Part shown: positions 18,538 to 26,965 of the stretch, piece by piece
Layout: each line of letters starts with the position of its first letter
Position numbering within the stretch: position 1 is the first letter of the stretch
Source of the DNA: Myxococcota bacterium
GTDB taxonomy: Bacteria > Myxococcota > UBA4151
Direction: 5' to 3'
Length of the DNA: 39,207 nt
Assembly: GCA_040260805.1 (NCBI GenBank)
Contig: JBDQPD010000022.1
Location: 1-39,207 of the forward strand
Made by a program: the position numbers and the translations under genes
Notes under the pieces: generated by a model
The model's database searches: none
What the model was told of the DNA's origin: nothing
The model's input: only the letters and a program-made list of their open reading frames with translations

Positions 18538-19971
18538 TCAACTTGAGAAAGCATTCTGTGCTTCTAGAATTTGGCGGGCGCTTTCCTGACGTCGCCCAGC
18601 CAGTTCCTTGAGGTAGTCGGCTAAGGGGTGATGAGCCGCCAAGAGGCTCTCCATCGAGCGAACGTTCATACGCAGGATCGAGGCGCGACCATTGGTGACG
18701 TAGCGAAAGGGCTGCTCGAGCCCGAGGAGGTCATGGTCGTATCCAAAGAGCGCGCCGGGACCCAAAATTGCGAGCTGACGCAGCTCGCCAGCCGGTCCTC
18801 GGTGCTCGACGCGAACACGCCCGCCTAAAACGCCTAAGATACCGCCTTCTTCGTCCTCTTTGTCGCCTATCAAAACAGCGCCTGCGGGCACCTCTCGCAC
18901 ACGAAAGAGCATTGCGACACCGCGTCGGTGATCCTCGGGGATGTGCTGCATGAACGGCGCGTGCGCCACGAGGTTGCGCAGGTGACGCAAACGATAATTC
19001 TTCAGCAAGGTCTTATGAACCATGGGGTACTGACCCCAAACGGTCTCAAGATGAGAGCGGGTCATACTGTAAGCCGCCACGTTACCCAAAGCGACCGCCG
19101 AGGCTGACCGAGGCGAATCATCAAAGATACTCATCTCGCCGAGCACTGAGCCGCGCCCAACACGAGCCAACATTTGAACCTGGTTCCCGACCTGGCGTCT
19201 GACCTCGACGCGCCCGCTACGCAGCATCCAAAGCTTGGGGTCCGATTCGCCTTGGCGAAACATATAATCGCCCGCTTCAAAGCGATGATCATCAAGGGTG
19301 TCGAGAATTTCTCGCTGAGCACGTTCGGGCAGCGCGCTAAACAGCGGCAGCGTGATGGACCGGCTGTGCTCTTCGTCTGACTCGTCCGCCTCTTCGGTTT
19401 CCATCGCGCTGGCGAGCAAGTCGCCCAAATCCCGCTCAGGCTGAACCGCCTCAAACTCGGAGGTCCGGCGTGCACGGACAAAGCCCAGTCTTGGGGGCAA
19501 CGTCAAGTTAGGGTCAGTGGTCTCTTCGCCAATCTCTGACAAACGAGCAGCCCCATCCTTGGGGTCGTCCAAAATATCAAATGGAGCGGGCTCAAAGCCA
19601 GGAATAGGGCCGGCGGTCGGGCTCGCCGATTGGCGACGAGCATAGAGCCCCTGAAGAGCACGTAATGCGGTTTGGTCGCCCGGATTAAACTCGATCAAGG
19701 TCTTCACGATCTGAATCGACCGGTTCAAGAAGCCTTCCATCGCATAACCCGAGGCGCATCGCTGCAGCTCAAGCTCAGCCTCACGGTCATAGCCAAGGTC
19801 TTTGAGCAAAAGGCCCAAACGCTGACGGCTTCGAAGATCATTAACCTCAGTGGTGCAGAGCTGACGAAGCAAGTCAGCCTGTTCTTGGCGCTCACCCTTT
19901 TGATCTGCCTCACGGATACGACGACGAAGTTCGCCTATATCCATTGCCGACGGCCGATCTTGGTCGATCAT
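18538..19971 (-). CDS. TPR-like N-terminus plus two cyclic-nucleotide-binding domains
   Basis: LPLFSAL, FEAGDYMFRQGE, GSVLGEMSIFDDSPRSASAVA (intact phosphate-binding cassette). The second domain VPAGAVLIG...LGPGALFG is degenerate. Confidence 0.85.
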   Translation of the reverse strand: MIDQDRPSAMDIGELRRRIREADQKGERQEQADLLRQLCTTEVNDLRSRQRLGLLLKDLGYDREAELELQRCASGYAMEGFLNRSIQIVKTLIEFNPGDQTALRALQGLYARRQSASPTAGPIPGFEPAPFDILDDPKDGAARLSEIGEETTDPNLTLPPRLGFVRARRTSEFEAVQPERDLGDLLASAMETEEADESDEEHSRSITLPLFSALPERAQREILDTLDDHRFEAGDYMFRQGESDPKLWMLRSGRVEVRRQVGNQVQMLARVGRGSVLGEMSIFDDSPRSASAVALGNVAAYSMTRSHLETVWGQYPMVHKTLLKNYRLRHLRNLVAHAPFMQHIPEDHRRGVAMLFRVREVPAGAVLIGDKEDEEGGILGVLGGRVRVEHRGPAGELRQLAILGPGALFGYDHDLLGLEQPFRYVTNGRASILRMNVRSMESLLAAHHPLADYLKELAGRRQESARQILEAQNAFSS

Positions 19972-20072
19972 AAAGTCCCCTTAATTTGAACCTCGGCAAC
20001 CAGGCCGCAGCCTTTGGTATCCTTCCTTTACTAAGGTAAGTATACGCAGGCGACAACACGGCAGAGGAAAAC

Positions 20073-21941
20073 GTGCTCCTTCATGCGGAAAAGATTGGCT
20101 TTAGGTTCGCCGAAACTCCGCTCTTAGATGGGCTGAGCCTGCGTTTGCTGGCGGGTGAACATCTGGCGCTTGTTGGGCCGAATGGCTGCGGTAAGAGCAC
20201 GTTGATCAAGATTTTAACGCAGAGCCTCGAGGCGGACTCGGGTCAAGTCAGCTTTGGTAAAGACGTCGAAATCCTCGCTTTAGATCAGGTGGCTTCGCCA
20301 ACCCAAGACCAGTCCGTGCGCGACTACCTGGCAGGCGGACTGGTTCATTGGCAGCAGCTCAAGGCGACCTATGAAGGTGCGCTTGAGCAGCTCCAAGACG
20401 AGCCCGAGAACGAAGAGGCCTTGCGAACCTTTGGCGAAGCGGAGAGCGATTTCGGTCTACACGGTGGCTACGCTTATCCAGCGCGCATCGATTCGGCGCT
20501 CAACGCGCTAGGCTTAGCGCAACTCGCAGACCATCAGGCAGCCCGTCTAAGCGGCGGTCAACGGCATCGCTGCCGCCTCGCTCGATTGCTGCTGACGCCC
20601 GCTGATCTTTGGATCCTTGATGAACCGACCAACCACCTCGACGATGAGGGCATCAATTGGTTGGTGCAGCTCTTGTCGAACTGCCGACACGCCTGGTTAG
20701 TCATCAGTCATGATCGACACCTGCTCGAGCATTGCCCAGATTCGATCGGCGAGCTCGACCATGGTCGCATCGAGCGTTACCCCGGGGCGTACTCCGCTTA
20801 TCTACTCGAACGCGCCCAGCGCCGAGAGACGATGCAAAATGAGCTGGCCGCTTACCAAGAAGAAGCTCGGCGCCTCAAAGACTTCGTCGCGAAATACAAA
20901 GCCGGTCAAAAGAGTAAGCAAGCGAGCGCTCGCGCCAAAGCGCTCGAGCGACTTGAGCGGCCGCCTGAGCCCCCTACTCAGCGAGGTTCGTTGCCCATCA
21001 CCTTTGGTCACGTGCCGCGCAGCGCTGACGAGGTCTTGGTGATCAAGGGCTTGAGCGCAGGCTATGAGCAGCCCTTAGTCAAACCCTTTGAAGCCTTGAT
21101 ACGCCGGGGCGAGCGTATTGTGATTAAGGGAAGCAACGGCTGCGGCAAGACCACCTTGTTGCGCACCTTACTCGGTGAGCTTGAGCCCTTGTCGGGCGAC
21201 GTACGCTTTGGCGTCAAAGTCCGCCCAGCGATGCTCGGTCAGCAGCTTGAGGCGGTTCTGGGCGATCAGACCGCAGGCACCTGGCTTGAAGCCCAGGTTC
21301 CAGTTCAACGTATCCAACAGGCGCGCAATCTAGCCGGCGGCCTGGGCTTAAACCGGCTCGCTCTCCAGCGCTCATGCAACCAACTCAGCGGCGGCGAACG
21401 TACTCGCCTCGCCTTGGCGAGCCTCTTGCTTCGTGATCTCAACCTGCTGGTCCTCGATGAACCCACCAATCATTTGGATCTCCGAGCGCGAGAAGGCCTC
21501 GAGGACGCGCTGAGTCGCTATCCGGGCACACTGTTCGTGGTCAGCCACGATCGAGCGTTCTGCCAACGAATCGCCACCCGCTGGTGGCGAATCGACGAGG
21601 GGAGCCTTTTAGAGGTCGACGATGCACCCGCTGAGCAGGGAACCGCGTCAAAACCCGCTGCGAAGCCAAAAGGCGCAATCCTCAAAGAGCAGCAAAAGAA
21701 GCGCCGACGGCTGGAGTCGCAAACGCAAAAGAAGGAGCGACTAGTCGATGAGCTTGGGGCCTCGATCAAAGCAATCGACGAGCAACTGATCGATCCCGAA
21801 CTGCAGAGCGATTGGAACCAGTTAGAAGCCATCGAGCAGGAACGAGAGGGACTGCTCGAACAGCAGATGCAGGCCGAGCAAGACTGGCTTGAACTCTGCG
21901 ATGAGCTCGAAGCGTTCGATGAGGCCTTGCCTAAGGCTTGA
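20073..21941 (+). CDS. ABC-F family ATPase (Uup/YheS-like)
   Basis: Two NBDs (GPNGCGKS/LSGGQ/DEPTNHLD and GSNGCGKT/LSGGE/DEPTNHLD), inter-domain linker, C-terminal coiled coil, no TM segments. Confidence 0.93.
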   Translation: MLLHAEKIGFRFAETPLLDGLSLRLLAGEHLALVGPNGCGKSTLIKILTQSLEADSGQVSFGKDVEILALDQVASPTQDQSVRDYLAGGLVHWQQLKATYEGALEQLQDEPENEEALRTFGEAESDFGLHGGYAYPARIDSALNALGLAQLADHQAARLSGGQRHRCRLARLLLTPADLWILDEPTNHLDDEGINWLVQLLSNCRHAWLVISHDRHLLEHCPDSIGELDHGRIERYPGAYSAYLLERAQRRETMQNELAAYQEEARRLKDFVAKYKAGQKSKQASARAKALERLERPPEPPTQRGSLPITFGHVPRSADEVLVIKGLSAGYEQPLVKPFEALIRRGERIVIKGSNGCGKTTLLRTLLGELEPLSGDVRFGVKVRPAMLGQQLEAVLGDQTAGTWLEAQVPVQRIQQARNLAGGLGLNRLALQRSCNQLSGGERTRLALASLLLRDLNLLVLDEPTNHLDLRAREGLEDALSRYPGTLFVVSHDRAFCQRIATRWWRIDEGSLLEVDDAPAEQGTASKPAAKPKGAILKEQQKKRRRLESQTQKKERLVDELGASIKAIDEQLIDPELQSDWNQLEAIEQEREGLLEQQMQAEQDWLELCDELEAFDEALPKA

Positions 21942-21985
21942 TCAGACTTCAATCTTGACCTCAAGCTCCGGGAGGCTCTCACCCT

Positions 21986-23320
21986 TTGGCCATCGAGGTT
22001 AGCTTTGGTCGGTTTCAGTTGCTGCGGCGAATCGCCCAAGGCGGCATGGCTGAGGTGTATCTTGCGCAACAAACCGGACCAGCAGGCTTCTCCAAACAAC
22101 TGGTGATCAAGAAGATCCATCCCCACTTGGCGCACAATGAAGAATTCGTGGGGATGTTCTTGGACGAAGCGCGTGTCGCCGCGCTGCTCAGCCATCCAAA
22201 TATTGGTCAGATCTACGAGCTCGGCGAAGAGCACGGGCAGTATTACATCGCGATGGAACATATTGATGGCTGCAACTTGCGCCAGCTCAATAAAAGATTG
22301 CGCCGTAAAGGGATCCTCATGCCGCCGGAGTTGGCAGCACGAGTCGCAGCTGACGTCTGTAATGCGCTCGATTACGCCCATCGATTCAGGGATTCAGATC
22401 AGAAGCTTTTGCGTCTCGTGCATCGAGACATCAGCCCCCAAAATGTCATGATGTCGCGTGATGGCGCCATCAAACTGATCGACTTTGGAATCGCCAAGGC
22501 GACGACCAACCAGCAGCTCACACAAGGCAACGTGTTGAAGGGTAAGTTCAGCTATATGAGCCCGGAGCAGGCTTCGGGGAAGAGGCTGGATCGACGTAGC
22601 GACATCTTCTCGGTGGGCGTGGTGTTGTACGAGATGCTTCTGGGTGAAAAGCCGTTTCGAATTCCTGGGCAAGTGGGAAAGGCTCGCAGCGACAACACTG
22701 AGCTGCTCAGGCTGGTGACGCGCTGTGAATACCGATTGCCGAGCCCAGGCGAGGTTCCGGACACCTTGGTCGCCTTCCTCAAGCGCACCCTGACGGCTCA
22801 TCGGGGTGACCGTTACCAAACGGCTAGAGAGGCACGCGACGCTCTTGAATCGGCGCTGCTTGAGATGCCTGGTGACGGGTCGCACCGTCGCTTAGCTCGC
22901 TTTGTGTCCGAGATTATGAACGAGGAGGACATCCCGACCAACTCAGGCTCTTTACCGAGCCTAGAGCCCAGCCTTCTGGCTGCGCCTCCCCTCGATGATC
23001 TCGAGCTCGAAGATGATGCCACCGCTGCGATTGATTTGGCGACCGTCGCCATCGCGAAAGGTAATGAGGCTGATGAAACGCGTGAGCAGACGGCGGCTGT
23101 GGACCCCGATCAGATCCTTCACGGACGGTTGGTGGAAGAGCCCTCGCTGACGAACGACGCGCCGACACGGATTCGTATCTCGACCCATGACAGTCATGGT
23201 CATGAAGGCGGCGGGACGGCGGCTACGACGATGAGCCGGCAGGGAACGACCCTACGGTTGATCGTGATGGCGAGCCTGTTCGGTGCTGGCGCCGGTCTTA
23301 TTCTGGCGTTTTTAGCTTAG
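21986..23320 (+). CDS. Hanks-type Ser/Thr protein kinase with C-terminal TM anchor
   Basis: IAQGGMAEVY, LVIKK, HRDISPQN, DFG, GKFSYMSPEQ, SDIFSVG, acidic linker, terminal hydrophobic helix. TTG start with GGAGG. Confidence 0.93.
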   Translation: MAIEVSFGRFQLLRRIAQGGMAEVYLAQQTGPAGFSKQLVIKKIHPHLAHNEEFVGMFLDEARVAALLSHPNIGQIYELGEEHGQYYIAMEHIDGCNLRQLNKRLRRKGILMPPELAARVAADVCNALDYAHRFRDSDQKLLRLVHRDISPQNVMMSRDGAIKLIDFGIAKATTNQQLTQGNVLKGKFSYMSPEQASGKRLDRRSDIFSVGVVLYEMLLGEKPFRIPGQVGKARSDNTELLRLVTRCEYRLPSPGEVPDTLVAFLKRTLTAHRGDRYQTAREARDALESALLEMPGDGSHRRLARFVSEIMNEEDIPTNSGSLPSLEPSLLAAPPLDDLELEDDATAAIDLATVAIAKGNEADETREQTAAVDPDQILHGRLVEEPSLTNDAPTRIRISTHDSHGHEGGGTAATTMSRQGTTLRLIVMASLFGAGAGLILAFLA

Positions 23321-24560
23321 CGGCTGCGAGCTTCAAGCGATCATGCAGCGTCAGCGGCGGCCCTTCAGGCAGCAGGTCATGACTGCCATCCGGCATTAAA
23401 ATCACATAGGCAGGCAGACCGCTTCGTCCAAACTTGGCGAGGAAGTCCCACTCGCCTTCATCGCTCGTCAGATCGACTTTCATCGTCATGGTGTGGGTCT
23501 CGACAAAGACCTTGCGAGTGGCTTTGGTGTTGAGGTGCGTCTTCTCAAAGGTTTTACAGCTGGCGCACCAGTCGGCGGTGAAATCTAAAAATATCGCCTG
23601 CCCCGAAGCCAAAGTTTTCGTTACCAAAGCAGGGTCGTAATCGACCCAAACCAACTCATCGAGCGTGGTGGCTTTGACCTTGCCGTCACTCGCTACTTGG
23701 GCGGCTTTCGCTTTGACCGGCTTTTCAAAGGCGATGAACACAAAGCCAGCCGCTAGGGTCAGCGCCAGCGCCGAGCCATGGCCGATCCAGCGCGTTCGGG
23801 GCGTCTGATGCAAAGCGCCCCAACGTCCGACGATCCACAACGCCAGCGAGAAGAAGAGTAAGAACCATAAAAAGTCGTTCGCGCTGCCCGGGGTGACTTG
23901 CTTTTGCAAAACCCCAAACAACCAAACGGCGGCGCCGAGGAGCGTAAACCCGACCAGGACCTTAAAGCTCTCCATCCAGGCGCCAGGACGCGGCAACAGC
24001 TTACCGACTAAGGGCACAAAACCGATCAATAGAACCGGGAAGGCGAGCCCTAAACCGACGCTCCAAAAGAGCAAAAGCGTCTCCCACCAGGCGGCGTCAC
24101 TTGCCAGCGCTGCAGCCGCTGCACTTCCAAGGAAAGGTGCCGAGCAAGGCGTCGCAACCAAGGTGATCAGAGCGCCATCAATGACCGAGCCCATCCAGCC
24201 CGATTGCTGCGCGCCACCACCAGCCGAGAGGGTGATCTCAAACAAGCCCGCGCAATTCAGACCAAAGCCGACCAGCAAAATGATCAGCCCGCTGACAAAG
24301 ATCGGGTTCTGCATGTGCATGCCCCAACCGATCGACTGACCGCCGGAGCGCAGGGCAATGACCGCTGCAGCAAAGACACTAAAGCAGAGCAAACACCCGA
24401 CCAAGAACCCGAGCGAATCGGCTCGGCGACTGGCGACCGACTCATCGGCTTGCTCGATCCAAGAGCTGACCTTGAAGATCAGCACAGGAAAGACACAGGG
24501 CATAATGTTGAGGATCAACCCGCCAAGGAATCCAAAACTAAGCGCGAGCAAAAATTCCAT
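23298..24560 (-). CDS. dsbD: DsbD/ScsB-like thiol:disulfide interchange protein (TM plus thioredoxin domains)
   Basis: LNIMPCVFP and ATPCSAP TM cysteines, about 8 TM helices, FLDFTADWCASCK. Confidence 0.88.
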   Translation of the reverse strand: MEFLLALSFGFLGGLILNIMPCVFPVLIFKVSSWIEQADESVASRRADSLGFLVGCLLCFSVFAAAVIALRSGGQSIGWGMHMQNPIFVSGLIILLVGFGLNCAGLFEITLSAGGGAQQSGWMGSVIDGALITLVATPCSAPFLGSAAAAALASDAAWWETLLLFWSVGLGLAFPVLLIGFVPLVGKLLPRPGAWMESFKVLVGFTLLGAAVWLFGVLQKQVTPGSANDFLWFLLFFSLALWIVGRWGALHQTPRTRWIGHGSALALTLAAGFVFIAFEKPVKAKAAQVASDGKVKATTLDELVWVDYDPALVTKTLASGQAIFLDFTADWCASCKTFEKTHLNTKATRKVFVETHTMTMKVDLTSDEGEWDFLAKFGRSGLPAYVILMPDGSHDLLPEGPPLTLHDRLKLAAAKLKTPE

Positions 24561-24562
24561 GG

Positions 24563-25339
24563 CTACCGCCCCTTAAAGTTCGGCGCACGCTTTTCAGCAA
24601 ATGCGGCTAGGGCTTCGAGTCGGTCTTCCGTCGGAATTATCACCTGATAAGCGGTTTGTTCGATACGCAGGCCCTCTTCTAATCCGGCATCAAAGCCCGC
24701 CTCGATCGCTGTCTTTGCGCTTCTGAGCGCAAGCGGGCCGCAGCGCAGAATCCCTTGGATCAAGCGCTCGGTCTGCGCCTCTAGGTCATCACCCACGGAG
24801 TTGACTAAGCCAATACGCTCGGCCTCTTCGGCGCTCAATCGGGCGGCGGTAAAAATCAGCTCTTTAGCTTTCGCTAGCCCGACCAGTCGCGGCAAGCGCT
24901 GCGTACCGCCAGCCCCAGGAATGATCGCCAGCGCTGTTTCGGTCAAACCGATCTGATAGCCGCTCGCCATGACGCGTAAATCGCACGCCAGCGCCAGCTC
25001 ACAGCCGCCTCCGAACGCGTGACCATTAAGGGCACAGATGGTCGGCATCGGTAACCGCCCAAGCTCTGCGGTCAGCTTACCGATTCGACTGACAAAGGTC
25101 CGGGTCTTGGCTTCCGTGTAGGTCTTGCGCTCCTTAAGGTCAGCGCCCGCACAGAAGGCTCGATCTCCGGTCGCGGTGAGGACTAAGACCCGCAGGTCGG
25201 CGTCCTCTGCGCACTGCGCCACCTGACTGCGCAAATCCTGAAGGAGGTCCCAACCAATCGCGTTGCGCGCTGCGGGACGATTAATCGTCATCACCCCGAC
25301 ACCGCGCGCGTCCTTTGTATAACTCAGTTCCGTACTCAT
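24563..25339 (-). CDS. Enoyl-CoA hydratase, probably methylglutaconyl-CoA hydratase-like
   Basis: AFCAGADLKER, GGGCELALACD, LTETALAIIPGAGGTQRLPRLVG. ATG 25339 forms a TAATG overlap with the HMG-CoA lyase stop. Confidence 0.9.
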   Translation of the reverse strand: MSTELSYTKDARGVGVMTINRPAARNAIGWDLLQDLRSQVAQCAEDADLRVLVLTATGDRAFCAGADLKERKTYTEAKTRTFVSRIGKLTAELGRLPMPTICALNGHAFGGGCELALACDLRVMASGYQIGLTETALAIIPGAGGTQRLPRLVGLAKAKELIFTAARLSAEEAERIGLVNSVGDDLEAQTERLIQGILRCGPLALRSAKTAIEAGFDAGLEEGLRIEQTAYQVIIPTEDRLEALAAFAEKRAPNFKGR

Positions 25340-26268
25340 TATGTTTCCTTCGCCGCGCGGATCGCCTGCCAAACCCGAGAGACCGGTGGCTTACCCAAAT
25401 GGTCTGCCATCCAAGCGCTGACTTCAACCAGCCCCTCAAGATCAATACCGGTCACTAAGCCCATCTCCTGGCAAAGGTAAACAAGGTCTTCGGTCGCTAG
25501 ATTCCCAGATGCCCCTGGAGCGTAGGGACAACCGCCCAAACCACCAGCGCTTGAATCAAAGCTCCTTACCCCTCGCTCTAATCCAGCGACCACATTAGCG
25601 AGCGCCGTGCCGCGCGTATCATGGAGATGAAGCGCAAGCTGCGTGGCGTCGATCCCTTCGGCGGCAAAACCATCCATGAGCGCATGAATCTGGCGTGGGG
25701 TCCCGACGCCGATCGTATCGCCCAGGCTCAACTCATAGCAGCCCATCGCCAACAGCTTTGCGCCGAGTCGAACGACCCGAGACACCGCCACCGAGCCCTC
25801 ATAGGGGCATCCAGCTACAACGCTCAGATAACCTCGCACCCGCAGACCAAGTGCTGCCGACTGCTCGAGGATAGGATCAAAGCGATGCAAACTTTCTTGC
25901 GTGCTGCAGTTGGTGTTCCTTTGGTTGTGCGACTCGCTCGCGCTCATGAACACAGCCACTTCGCCTACCGACGAGCCGCAAGCGTCTGCAAAGCCCCTGG
26001 CATTGGGCGTGAGCACCGACAAACGCAAATCAGGTTGCGGACCAAGCTCGCTTAGAACCTCTGCGGTTCCAGCCATCGAAGGGATCCACTTGGGATTGAC
26101 GAAGCTACCCGCCTCCATTCGAGACAACCCAACTGCCGCCAAGCGCCGAATAAACTCAGCGCGCACCGCAGGGGGCAAAACCGTCGCCTCATTTTGCAGC
26201 CCATCGCGCGGAGCGACCTCGACGATCGAGACCTCCTCGCCCGAACTCGGCAGCATCATGGGGCTCAC
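25339..26268 (-). CDS. hmgL: Hydroxymethylglutaryl-CoA lyase
   Basis: PRDGLQNE, SLGDTIG, LHLHDTRG, GLGGCPYAPGASGNLATED. Confidence 0.95.
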   Translation of the reverse strand: MSPMMLPSSGEEVSIVEVAPRDGLQNEATVLPPAVRAEFIRRLAAVGLSRMEAGSFVNPKWIPSMAGTAEVLSELGPQPDLRLSVLTPNARGFADACGSSVGEVAVFMSASESHNQRNTNCSTQESLHRFDPILEQSAALGLRVRGYLSVVAGCPYEGSVAVSRVVRLGAKLLAMGCYELSLGDTIGVGTPRQIHALMDGFAAEGIDATQLALHLHDTRGTALANVVAGLERGVRSFDSSAGGLGGCPYAPGASGNLATEDLVYLCQEMGLVTGIDLEGLVEVSAWMADHLGKPPVSRVWQAIRAAKET

Positions 26269-26942
26269 TTCCAGCTGTCGGTATTAGCGATCTTGAGTGC
26301 TTCAAGGAACTTGTCTTGGAACCCATTCCAGCGGCGGCGATAGTCGCTGTTGGTGCAACGAACGCTCATCGTCACTCGAACCGTTCCTCGAACGAGAACC
26401 CAGAGCTGCTCGCAGCAATGCTTACCTTTGGGCAGCACCACATCAAGCGTCGCGCCGGCTTCCGTCAGGCCCATACTGTCGAGCATATCGCTCTCTAGGA
26501 CCACGACATCGCGAACATTTTCAGGGTCACGATAATCTAGGCTAATGCCCTCGAGGTAATCTTTGAGCTCGCCTGCGCTTTGGTAGGTCCCGGCAGCGAT
26601 CGTGTCCATGCGGGTGCGCACAGAGATCGTTCCGACGTTCACTTGGCCTTCCCAGACAACACCGGCGGCGTCTTTGGGTGGCTTGAGCTTACGAAAGCTT
26701 CCCTTCGAGACCGCAAACTGAAGACCTGAATTATAATCTCGGAACAGTTTGCCGCGAGGGTCTCGACTGCGTCTGAGCGTAAAACGCGGTCCCTTCCTCT
26801 TTGTCTTCGGCGCGTCGGCTGCCTTAGCGGCGGGCTTCTTCGCCGCATGCGGCGAGTCCACCTTGACGCTAGCTTTCTCACCAGCGTGAGCAGAAATAGA
26901 AAGAGATAACCCCAGCACCACACTGAGCACTCGCATATTCAT
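26265..26942 (-). CDS. Secreted hypothetical protein, possibly PsbP/DcrB-like fold
   Basis: Signal peptide ending AHA, K/A/P-rich linker, alpha/beta domain ending FQDKFLEALKI. Fold is inferred. Confidence 0.6.
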   Translation of the reverse strand: MNMRVLSVVLGLSLSISAHAGEKASVKVDSPHAAKKPAAKAADAPKTKRKGPRFTLRRSRDPRGKLFRDYNSGLQFAVSKGSFRKLKPPKDAAGVVWEGQVNVGTISVRTRMDTIAAGTYQSAGELKDYLEGISLDYRDPENVRDVVVLESDMLDSMGLTEAGATLDVVLPKGKHCCEQLWVLVRGTVRVTMSVRCTNSDYRRRWNGFQDKFLEALKIANTDSWK

Positions 26943-26965
26943 CCCCTATCCAAGGAAACTAAAGA

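Noticed and set aside
20014..20046. TTGGTA-N17-TAAGTA upstream of ABC-F
   Set aside because: Plausible, but both hexamers have two or more mismatches in an AT-rich spacer; too weak to call.
20073..21941. ABC-F as an antibiotic-resistance (ARE) factor
   Set aside because: Nothing in the sequence distinguishes it from housekeeping Uup/YheS-like proteins. There is no leader peptide or mobile context; subfamily HMMs would be needed.
21518..22885. Long antisense ORFs (287 aa and 163 aa) opposite ABC-F and the kinase
   Set aside because: Typical high-GC antisense shadows with no motifs.
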